A DNA stretch of 20,000 nucleotides, from contig NW_027117344.1 of the NCBI RefSeq assembly GCF_038025025.1, positions 2,154,830 to 2,174,829 of the forward strand, given 5' to 3'. Source of the DNA: Phyllosticta citribraziliensis. Its lineage: Eukaryota. The notes beneath the pieces are model-generated. The model was not told the origin of the DNA. It searched no databases and was given only the letters and a program-made list of their open reading frames with translations. The translations under genes were made by a program, and so were the position numbers. This document shows, piece after piece, positions 10,728 through 20,000 of the stretch (its first letter is position 1; the number at the start of each line of letters is the position of its first letter).

Positions 10728-11201
10728 GGAGGTGGAAAACGTGAATGAGAGGATGGAAATAAGCCGGCAGCCGCCGTAGGCAGACAAGTCGTAACTTTGA
10801 GCCTCACTCTGGAGAGGTCCTGCCTATTGCCACTGGAACCCGGCCGCAAGCCATCGTATTCTTCCACGAAACCCGGCCTCTGCTGGAATGGCTGTGGTTT
10901 GTCGGCAAGTCGGGACTGTCGAGTTTGCGATTTTGTTGCTGCGTACCAGAAGAAAGCTTTGAAACTGGGTCGACGAACAGTGTCGAAACAACGAGGTTTG
11001 TAAAGAGCAGTTGTTCGACTTTATGGACTCGAGTTCTGTAAGATTCGCAGCGATTGTCAGCCCTGGCCATTGCCACAAACCTCGGTCGGCTTCTCCATTG
11101 CTCCCGCAGAACCGCCAACGGCACTGCCCCGCTTCATCCAAACCTCGATGCCTTGCACCAAGAAGTCATCTCTCTGTTGTTGTTGCAGCCATCCCAGAGA
11201 C

Positions 11202-11282
11202 ACGTTTTTGTTTCCCTGTCGCCACCTGTAGGTAGCGCCGAGGGCGATATTCAGCGGACAAATAACATCATCAAAAACCGCT
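11202..11282 (-). other. Telomerase RNA pseudoknot with U-rich loop and A-rich strand
   Basis: Stem 1 AGCGG (11282-11278)/CCGCU (11257-11253); loop UUUUU (11277-11273); stem 2 AUGUU(A)UUUGU (11268-11258)/ACAAAAACGU (11211-11202). The connecting loop holds a hairpin CGCUACCU/AGGUGGCG. Confidence 0.8.
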
Positions 11283-12361
11283 TCCATCTCCACGCGTGTG
11301 CAGAGGTATTTTCGTACCCAGATGAAAACCCAGGCCGACAGGCTCGGCGCTCACCAGGATTCCCATCGCTGTTCGTTGGGACTGATGATTATCACGGCTG
11401 GTCGGACGACACCACATGGTGACAATGCAGATGGCGGGTGCCGTTGCAAAGGCTGGAGACTGTGCTGGCTGATATGCACTCCAGCAAGATTGGACAGGGT
11501 AGAGCATCAGGTTCGCTGAGCATTTCTGCTTGCGGAGTTGGAGAGCTGCTCGTGATCTTCACCACTGCCGGAATGGCAAGACCAAGTCAAGATTGCCGAG
11601 CCTTTGTGCGTATTGGATCCGCCTGCATTTTTTGAGAATGTCGACCCACACCCACGTTCGCCATGAAGAAGTGGACCCCCAATAAGCCCTTGGGGCACCT
11701 GACGACAGACCTGCAGACTGTCGATGGAACAGCATGCCTAACTCCCTCTGTGTGGTGCTTGCAGATGTCGCTGCACGCAATGCGTGGTTCTGACGATACT
11801 GTCTGGCAAATGGTGGTGGAGGCGAGGGGCATGCGTTCTGTTGTCAGACAAGGGCGGTAGCCGTCAAGACTGCGACCAATCAGGTGACACCGGCCAGGTA
11901 TATTGGTGATGCAACCACATGGTGGAAGCGGACAGCACCGAAGCTGCTTGTGAGGATCGAGGCAACTTTTCAGAAGCCCAAGACGGAATCTAATGTTGCA
12001 GGATCAGCAGCCCGACTGGCCTCATATAAGTTTGACAGAGGACGAAAATCCCATCGACAACCCGTAAAGGTCGCCCGGCAGCTCCCACCTGTGCTATTCC
12101 GGCATTCTCGCTAGGCACTTTGCCTCAAAGCCGTCCATGTAGACCAGAGTCTGCTGTCCGGATTGATGAATCGACGCGCGTCCCTTTCGAGGATCTTACC
12201 AAAACGACGCATGAAACCTCCCCAAGACCACGATTCTCGCTTTGACGACCCTTCCAACAACCTTCGTCCCGGCCGAAGCACACGGGCACATCGGGATGCT
12301 TCCAGGTGCTAGTCACGAGGTCGGCAACTGCGCTGAGGCCCGTGAGACTGAAACCGAAAAT

Positions 12362-12372
12362 GGTTAGGGTTA
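12362..12372 (-). other. Telomerase template 5'-UAACCCUAACC-3' (specifies TTAGGG)
   Basis: Plus strand reads GGTTAGGGTTA, about 1.8 telomeric repeats, in single copy. Confidence 0.88.
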
Positions 12373-12799
12373 AGTTCCGAATCCAATCCTCCCCATCGCG
12401 TCTCCCAGAAGGGCAGCACCGCAACGACCAAGCCACAGACACCGTGAGACCGTGCTGAGAGGCTCGAGTGAAGGACCGGCATCGCAAGCACCAACGCAAT
12501 GGAGTGTCGTTAAACATCCCTACTCCACCGTGAGGTGTTTCGGGGGACGGGAGACGGCGCTGTTATGGGAGGGAGCTGCATCGGTTGTGTTGACGCGGTC
12601 GCGCGAGAGAATGGTGGATGAAGAGAGGCGCGTGCCGTGGGGCCCACAATTGTCAACTTCGTTGAAGACCGGTACGACGGTTTTGAAATTGATGGACAAG
12701 TCGAATGGATGCGAATTTGGAGAGCGAACAGGAGTGGTTCCGCAAAGTCGTTGGTGGTGGAGTTGGAGAAGGGAGACGAAACGGTGGAGGTTGGGGACT

Positions 12800-12860
12800 T
12801 GGGAGACGCGTTTTCGGTTAGTAGCGCGTTTTGGGAAAATACGTGGATGACGTAAGACCG
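12800..12860. promoter_or_regulatory. Compact divergent promoter between TER and RTP1 with MCB-like and CRE-like motifs
   Basis: ACGCGTTTT (12806-12814), GCGCGTTTT (12824-12832) and TGACGTAA (12848-12855). A CT-rich tract runs away on the minus strand, and the RTP1 ATG is at 12938. Confidence 0.45.
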
Positions 12861-12937
12861 GCAGCTCCAGTCACCACGGCATCATCGAAAATATTCCTCC
12901 ACTGAACAACACCACGCCTGTGCTCTATTTTATCGAC

Positions 12938-15900
12938 ATGTCGGCGCTCAGGGGGGCACTCGATGCGGCCAACGCCTTCCTTGCGCCTGCATGGGAGCCT
13001 GGTAATGCCATCGGGCTTATCCGCTGTTCCTGAGTCTGACTAATGAGAAGCAGGGACTGAAGGCATTCTGGATCGCCTCTGTCAACATGTCGGACACGAT
13101 GGCAGCTCAAACATTTCTTCTGTTGTGGTTGAAGTGGCCTTGCAGCATCTTGTGCGGATTCACGAGGCAGATATCGCCAATGAAAGCCAAGGCAGAATAA
13201 GCAACGAGGAAGGCGAATACGACGGAGACTCGAGGACGACGCTTTACGGCCTCCTGGATCTGCTGGCCATTTGTGGAATTCTCCCAGCGCTCTCTCCTGG
13301 TGTCTCAATCAGGAAACGACCTAAATCTCTCATCGGTGGCCTGCAGGAGCCCAAAGAGTCGGAGCGGAGCTTTTCTCAGAATGCCCCGCTGTTAACCCAA
13401 ATCATCGACAGCTTGAGTGAGATTATTTCTGATCCTACACAGGGTCTCGCTCCACTGGTTCGAGAGAGAATTTTGACGGATGTTGTGGCTGGTGCAGCTC
13501 AACTTGCGTTCTCTCCGGAATCCGACTTCAAAACTCAGACAAGGTACAGGGAAGTGTTCGAGAGAATCGTTGAAAAGTAGGTATCCATTTTCTTCATGCT
13601 CCTATCATCCCTCTTCTCGGTTTCATTTGCCCTCAAAATGAGCATGAGCTCATCGTTGCCAGAATTCAAACGTCATCTGCTTTGCCTCTCTTTACCTATT
13701 TGATCCACCCTGAGACTCCTCAGTGGCTCAAACCTCAACTGTCAAACGCGCTCTCTGCGGTACCTTTACGTCCGCATGGTGTTCGATCAACCATCGAGTT
13801 CATTGCATCCTCGTATCCCACACCGCCAATGCCAGCGAATGAGCGTGAACGAAGTGCTCAAAAGGGGCCCGCGTTGCCGCTCGAAGCCATCAGTCAAGCC
13901 TCAAAACTTCTTTCTTCAGTTCCAAGTTTCATGGAGCCGGAGCGCTATTTCAGTGCGCTGGCGCCGCAGCTCCTTGGCATGCTGGATGGAATCGAAGGGC
14001 CAGATTTCTCCAAGGCTGCTGCCCTCGTCATTGGTAGTGGTATTTTGGGCAAACGCGCGACTGGTGCACCAGGAAGTATAGGGTGGAGATTATTTGCTGA
14101 GCCATTGCTATTTGACATTGCTCCGCCCGCCCGTGGGAAATCGACCTCAAAGAATACCCCAGGTGTACTTGTCCCAGAAGATCGTCTCAAGCGCGCTTTG
14201 TCCCGTCTTGCGGCATTGCTCTCCTCACATCCTAACCCAGGGCTGACCAGCCGTCTATTGGGAAACCTCATGATGCCCTTGTGGGCACTTCTGGATCACG
14301 CAAAATCAAGACCCATCGCGCGCTTCTGGTCCGATAATGCCCGCAGGCTGCTCTTGACTTACTTTCGACTTGGGGCTGGAGCAAACCAGCTCGAAAGACT
14401 TGCCACAAACCTGCTCTGGAATGGACCAGATGCTTGGGAATATGGACCGGGCAGCGAAGGTGGGGTCGAAGTCAGACATCGACAAGCAAGCGTTGAGGAC
14501 GAGGGGATTCTCGAAAAAATGGCGATGATGGAGCAGAGGCTGGAAAGCTTTCAAGCCATCTTGACAAGCGACTCGATCGAGGACCATGATATTGGGGAGC
14601 TGTTTGTGAAACTAACCAAGCGATGGCTGCTTCCCAAAACCATATCCACAGAGCCAGGAAAGAGAATAAAGCTCGAAATTGGCGACGAGCAAGACCCACT
14701 CCAGTCACTCATCATCGCCAAGATCGTCATGGTTATGTTGGAGGATTTTAAAGATAAACTCACGTCAAATCCTGATAATCTCATTGAGTTGGTAGCGCAG
14801 CTTCTGGGTCAATGGGTCGAGGACGACAGGGCGAAGAGAAAGAGGAGCAACGATCTGAAGAGGGCCAACTACGCGGGACTATCAAACATTGTCCAGACTG
14901 GAGCGAGGCAGTCGAAACCTGGACAGAAAGACGTTGATGAGCCTGCACAAGTCGAAGCAGGAGATATCGTCCCAGTCGCCCTCAGTCTGCTCAACACGCT
15001 CATTTCCGCTGAGAACTTCAAACCTACCGTTCAAACATCTGCAACACTCTCCGCTATCTTGCCCACACTCGAACTACTCCGCAAGCCGCCGCCTGGCTCC
15101 GATTTACCCGCTTCTGTCTCCATGACGGCCTCGAATCTGACCTCTCAACTGTCGTCACTTCTCAACATACCCGCCAGTCCAAGCAAGGCTGCAGCTACTT
15201 CCTCAAAGCCCAGCGTCATTTCAGACCACGACCGTCAAACTCTTAACACGGCTCTGAACGACCTGACCCAGTCTGAGCACCCTCCTATCCGCGCCGCAGC
15301 CCTCTCCTCAATTGCATCGCTCGCTGCCGCCCAATCACCGTTCCCCGACCTTCCTGGACTGACCTTGTTCCTCCTGCGCACTGCGCTGCCTGATCCCGAC
15401 GGCTTTGTCCATCTGCACGCCATCAAGACGCTAGTCGCCTTGTCTGCGCGCGACCCGCCGCTCATTACGCGCCTTCTTACGGATGCATTCCTCGATCCGA
15501 AGGAAGAAGCCGTAGGGGAGGCAGGACTCGAGGGGCGCCTCAGGGTCGGCGAGTCATTGGGCAAGATTGTCGGCGAAGTGCGCGACGCGTCTGGTTCTAG
15601 CAGCAACCCAGGCGCCATAAGCAACGACGCTCGCGTCGTTTTGGGCAACATTTCGCGCGCAGCCGTGACGGTGGCTGGACGGCGTGGCAAGCGGCCGCGT
15701 GACTTGAAGCAGAGACAACGGGCGGCGATGGTGGAGCAGAGGAAACAAAGAGAGGCGGAGAAAGCGTGGGGAGGCGCGGTGCCGGACATACCCGGCATCA
15801 ACGCCGCCGAGGACGACGAGGATGAGAAAGATGGAGCGAATGCTGCCGAAATTGAGGCCCTCTCGCGCATTGTGACGGGTTGGTCTGAGACGGGGATTTC

Positions 15901-16426
15901 GGAAGACTTGAGGCTGCGCGCGCTGGCCCTCTCCGTCCTCTCGACAGCCGTTGAGGCTCCTGTCACGTTGAGCATGCTCCTGCGCGGGAGTGACACGCAG
16001 AGAGTGGTGCCCGAGGCGGTGGACGTGGCGCTCAAAGTGCTTGTGCTGGAGCAGGAGGAGCGACACGTGATTTTGAGACGTGCGGCACTCATTGTGCTGT
16101 GGAGTCTGATCAAGGGCGTCGACAGCAACGAGGACGGCAACGGGCTGGCCGGCTTTTTGCCGCCGGCTACGTGGGAAGAGATTGAAGGCGTGGCAAGGTG
16201 GGTGCAGGACACGGAGGCTGATGTGCTCGCGAAGGGACACGCAGGGGAGGTTCTGGTGGCTCTTGAGGAGCGGAAAATGGGACGGGCCTTTGGCGCAACC
16301 CCCATGGATGTCGGTATCTTTCCAACAGGCATGACGAGCAACCTGGGTTTGGGAGAATTGAAGGGACTCAGCTTGAATCCTGACAAGAAAGAGGGCAAAA
16401 GGATGGTTATCGAGGAAATTGAGTAG
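12938..16426 (+). CDS. RTP1: RTP1/Tango6-like HEAT/ARM-repeat protein (RNA polymerase II assembly/nuclear import factor), ~1116 aa; exons 12938-13001, 13054-13576, 13663-16426
   Basis: Introns 13002-13053 (GTAATG...ACTAAT...CAG) and 13577-13662 (GTAGGT...GCTCAT...CAG) join ORFs 13125..13580 and 13682..16426 in frame. C-terminal motifs LNDL...PPIRAAAL, DPDGFVHLHAIKTL, RLRVGESL, EDLRLRALALSVL and ILRRAALIVL resemble the RTP1_C1/RTP1_C2 domains, recognised from memory. Confidence 0.85.
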
Positions 16427-16876
16427 AAGGACTGTAGAGATCCTCTGCTTGGTCATCTTTAATAAATCATGGATTGTCCAGTGTTGTGTTGGTCATTGGG
16501 TGAACAGGACTTGCAGTTGGTATCTTGATCTTTCAGAATAACTCCATATCCATGCCAAAGGTCGCTGTACCGAGCGCATTTCGCTCAAGACAACCTCGCT
16601 GCTGCATCAAATATAGACAGCGCTTCGTCGTCACAAACGCCTTCGCAAATCCACGCTTTTCCAGGCGACTCAGGTGAAGATGAACACCAGTCTCACCTTG
16701 TTTATTTCCCAGAACATGTCGAAGCACACACTGACCGAAACCCAGGAAGCTCCGGCAGCGCGTGCGATTCCGGTCGTTGCTCCACTGGCTGATGGCGAAA
16801 TACGCAAGGTCTCGTGTCCTGGACCAATCTTCCTTTACCCGACAATTGTGCTCGCGATGTCTTCAATCCAAATTCA

Positions 16877-17409
16877 TCAACCGCTCATTTCCACGTCAGG
16901 CTTGCTGGTCATTAAAGGTGGGTCGGATGAGTCTTTTTCGGCGATCCAAAGGACGTTGTTGCAGCTGTTTGGCATGTCAGTGCCAGTCACACCCAAACGC
17001 GGGCGCAGCATTGCGGCGAGCAACGAAGCGCAACAGAGTTCCAACGTACCGGATCAGAACCTGACCGAGAGTACCGGTGCTCTTTCCATCAATGTACTCC
17101 TCGGTGTTGGCAAGCTGCAGGTTCATGTAGCTGTCGGCGCTGACGAGACCTCCAGTGTACTCCGTGTTGCCCCACTTCAACTTGATGCGGACCTCCTTGC
17201 CGACGCTATCAAACAATAAGTCAGCGGGACGAGCTCCAATTTGGCCGAATGTAAAAGTAAAGCGGTAGGAACGCGTGCGGGCGGTGCGGTGTGGAATCGA
17301 CGTACAGCGAGACGAGCAGCGGGCGCGGGTTGAGAGGCACGAAAGCCTGGATGAGGGATTAGCAAGGTCGAATGTGAGCAAGAGCACGCCAGGGTAATCA
17401 TACTGCCAT
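16877..17409 (-). CDS. SMX3: Small nuclear ribonucleoprotein F (SmF), 96 aa; exons 17409-17404, 17346-17306, 17205-17050, 16964-16877
   Basis: Spliced product [78 protein letters not shown]...EMSG has the SmF signatures (NPRP, KLKWG.EY.G.LVS.DSYMN, LIRCNNVL). Three GT-AG introns with GCTAAT/GCTGAC/ACTGAC branch sites. Confidence 0.96.
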
Positions 17410-17612
17410 GATGCGAAAGTCCTGTTCTTTGGTGGAGGTGTTTCGGTGATGCGGCGTTGGGAATGCGGCGAGTTCGTGATGTCGTTACGCGCGCCTTGAG
17501 CTCCCGAAAATTAAGCTATGGCGCCGACTTTCCCTCTTTGGGCTTAGTGGCGCCGCTTGATCTGCAATCACAGATTTAGTGGGGCGTCTGTGTACGTAAT
17601 TTGATCATGTGA

Positions 17613-17796
17613 TGAGGGGAAGATATTATCTTATCCATTTAACTATCTACTATCTTAGCTACTTATATAGAAGTAAATTAGGTACTTATAAAACTAGTTT
17701 ATCTACTTATTTATTACCTTATAATTACTAAATACTTAGAATTTATAGTATCTACTTAGTATTAAGCATATATAGTAGGGCGGATTATATAATTTA
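17613..17796 (-). repeat. Possible 3' LTR (~185 bp) of the Copia element
   Basis: Follows a polypurine-tract-like AGGGGGG (17803-17797, minus). Starts TA (RIP product of TG) and ends CTCA at the AT/GC boundary. The partner LTR is not in the window. Confidence 0.4.
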
Positions 17797-19984
17797 CCCC
17801 CCTAGAATAGAAAGATTCTAATACCTAAGAAATATAAGAACTCCTTAAAAATAAAGCTATAGTCTTAAGATAAGCTTTTATTAGATTTATAAGGTTTCTT
17901 ACTAGTAATAAAGTAGTAAAAGTAATATCTAATCTTATTATAATTACTATAAAGTTAATTAAGCTAATTTATCCTTAAAAAGCCTTAATCTCTTAATAAG
18001 TAGTAATATAGCTATTAGGGACTAAAAGATTAAGATCTAATAGAAGTAGTAAATAAGGTAGCCTAGTAGAGAGTTTAATAATATATTAAGTAGCTATCTT
18101 CTTAATATAGGCTTCTTAATTAATCTAAAGGGTATATTTAGTTCTATCTCTAGTAATCTTTATATTTAAGAACTAGTAGATAGAAGTACCTCCTATAATC
18201 TTAATCTTCTTTTTAAGTCTTACTTTAATCTAGCCTATATAAGATAAGTCTTTACTAAAGTAGACTATATAGAAGTTATTAATATAGAAGAAGATATATA
18301 TAATATTATCTATAAAGAGGTACTCTACTCTAGGGACTTATTTAAAGCTAAGCTTTTAAAGGATAGCTATAAAGTAGATTTACTAGAAAAGAGAAGCTTC
18401 TTTAAGGCTATATAGGGCTTAATAGATTTATAATACCTTTTAGCTAGGATAAATAATTCCTTTAAGTAGCTAGATATATAGAGAGTATAGAAGAGTTATA
18501 TTAAGAAAGGTATTAATAATATCCTATTACTTATATTCTATATTAAACTCTATAATAATAGCTATTAAGGCCCTAAAGACTCTTATAGCTAGTATTAAGG
18601 TATATATTTTATATATTATACTTTATAGATCTCCCCTTATATAGAGATATACTTTATAGTATTCTAGGAAAAGATCTATATTAAGCTTATACTTAAAGAT
18701 CTAGATAAGAGGAATTAGAATAGTATCTTAAGACCTTTCTACCTACTTAAATATACTAGTATCTATTACCTTTTTAAATTTCTTATATATTATATCTATA
18801 AAAAGATCTTTATAAGGGTACTAGAGTATTTACTTATATCTATATAGCTCTAGAGGGAGCTAGTTATAGTAGAGGATAGCTTATATAGTAATTTATATAA
18901 TTAAAGTAAGAGAGATAGCTAGAGTAAGTATTAGGTAGAAGCTTTATATAGTTAGGTTAACTAAGTAAATTATAAAAGGCTTAAGATTAAGGTACTATTA
19001 TTTATTATTTTTAGTTTTAGTATATTATAGGAGTAGTAAGAGAGATATATTTTTAAGTATTATTAATAGCTTATTTAGTACATTTATTATCTATATTAGT
19101 AAGACTACTACTTATTATTTTAGTATAAGTATTATTAGTAGCATATTTATTAGTATTACTAATATAAATATTATTAGCTATACTAGTATAAATAGTATTT
19201 ATTATACTTATAGAAATATTACTATTTTTAGCTTATTTTAAGTAGAAATCCTATCTATAAATAGTAGTTCTCCTATATTATCTATAAGATTTAGCCTCTA
19301 GGTTATAGGATCTATTTAAATTAGTAGGAGATAAAGTAAGTCTATTATACTCTATAGTACTACTAGAATATCCCTAACTAGAAAGATTATTTTATACTAA
19401 AAGTTATCCTAGTTAATAGGGCCCTAAGTATCCTAAAATAGCCTATCTATTAGTAGCTTTTAAGGGTTATAATAGGGCTCCTAGAACCTTAAAACTTTCT
19501 CTTTAGAATTTAAAATACCTATAGCTAGAAGGAACTTATAATACTAGTCTAGTAGATAAGGATCTAGTATAGATAGTAAGTCTACTACCTATTAATCCTT
19601 AAGTTAACTAGAGTAATATTACTAATTCTTATTAAAGAGAATATTCCTTATTCTAATAATCTTATTAGTAAATAGGATCTAGATCCTTATAATTAAAGTT
19701 AAATTCTACTTAACTAAGTATCTAATATCTACTCTTAGCTCTAGTTTATAGGTTTTATATAATTTACTTTTACCTATCTTATAGATATAGGCCTTATAGC
19801 TATATAAGTAAATATAAGTAAGGTTTAGTTTATAACTAGTAGCTAGCTTAAATAGAGTCTTCTAGTAAAGGTACTATATTAGAGTATAGTTAATAAGATA
19901 TATAGTAGCTATATAAATTTCTAGCTAGAGGTCCTCTAGAAGATTAGTATAAAGCCTTATTAAGTATACTATCTAAATAATTAC
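17613..19984 (-). mobile_element. RIP-inactivated Ty1/Copia LTR retrotransposon remnant (integrase C-terminus followed by reverse transcriptase)
   Basis: Abrupt switch to AT-rich, TpA-rich, CpA/TpG-poor sequence. Reversing C->T/G->A changes on the minus strand recovers LPEDLWPE (~19942-19919), KLEPRA.IGYLV...RIWIP (~19747-19675), RGDLQ (18637-18623), NAFLN (18514-18500), ALYGLKE (18418-18398) and YVDD (18286-18275, now TAT ATT AAT AAC). Integrase upstream of RT is the Copia order. Confidence 0.9.
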
Positions 19985-20000
19985 TGTCACGATAGGCATA
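19985..20000. mobile_element. Probable terminus of a second LTR element nested in the Copia integrase region
   Basis: TGTCACGA is a typical fungal LTR end and contains TG/CA dinucleotides nearly absent from the preceding 2.3 kb. Only 16 nt are visible. Confidence 0.45.

Larger units (their letters stand above)
10482..12760 (-). ncRNA. TER: Telomerase RNA (TER/TR), ~2.3 kb; 3' end predicted at 10482, 5' end approximate (+/- ~100 nt)
   Basis: No credible ORF. In correct 5'->3' order on the minus strand: template UAACCCUAACC (12372-12362), pseudoknot (11282-11202), core-enclosing helix pairing 12425-12397 with 11204-11182, CR4/5-like junction (10727-10663), 14-bp terminal hairpin, Sm site AUUUUUU and adjacent AUAAGU splice site. 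This matches the known architecture of Neurospora/Aspergillus telomerase RNAs. Confidence 0.9.

Noticed and set aside
11618..11725. Alternative pseudoknot using AAAAAAUGCAGG with the CGACAG/CUGUCG hairpin loop
   Set aside because: It lacks the U-rich loop needed for triples and is not adjacent to the core-enclosing helix; 11282-11202 fits much better.
12362..12372. Interstitial telomere remnant or chance TTAGGG match
   Set aside because: An isolated 11-mer could be chance, but it co-occurs in correct order and strand with pseudoknot, enclosing helix, Sm site and AUAAGU signal.
12397..12810. 11-bp inverted repeat CGCGTCTCCCA/TGGGAGACGCG as transposon TIRs
   Set aside because: No target-site duplication or other copy seen; one arm overlaps the promoter box and the other the TER helix.
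10664..12855. Numerous 60-130 aa ORFs on both strands
   Set aside because: No recognisable domains or consistent splice structure, many non-ATG starts; better explained as non-coding RNA sequence.
15235..16456. Long antisense ORFs of 387 and 300 aa
   Set aside because: Shadows of the GC-rich RTP1 coding strand.
16674..17219. 181-aa plus-strand ORF
   Set aside because: Antisense to the well-supported SmF exons; no motif.
17613..19984. AT-rich block as mitochondrial insertion or foreign DNA
   Set aside because: TpA excess with CpA/TpG loss and recoverable Copia integrase/RT motifs identify it as RIP-mutated retrotransposon.

Overview
Eukaryotic, intron-containing DNA from a filamentous ascomycete (Pezizomycotina). 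This is inferred from short GT-AG introns with CTRAY-type branch points and a RIP-mutated repeat. Left to right: GNA1 (glucosamine-6-P N-acetyltransferase, +, 2 exons); two uncharacterised secreted-protein genes on the minus strand (a 121-aa Asp/Lys/Tyr-rich twin Cx17C protein and a 276-aa Gln/Ala/Gly-rich helical protein); an apparently gene-free stretch; RTP1/Tango6-like gene (+, 3 exons); SmF gene (-, 4 exons); and a heavily RIP-degraded Ty1/Copia retrotransposon from ~17.6 kb, interrupted at the window edge by a probable second LTR. The main result is that the 'empty' stretch at ~10.48-12.76 kb carries, on the minus strand and in the expected order, the hallmarks of a ~2.3 kb telomerase RNA gene. 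These are a UAACCCUAACC template, a core-enclosing helix, a U-rich/A-rich pseudoknot, a CR4/5-like three-way junction, a terminal hairpin and an Sm site. The Sm site is followed directly by a non-canonical AUAAGU 5' splice site, branch point and 3' splice site. All structures were paired by eye and no database search was run.
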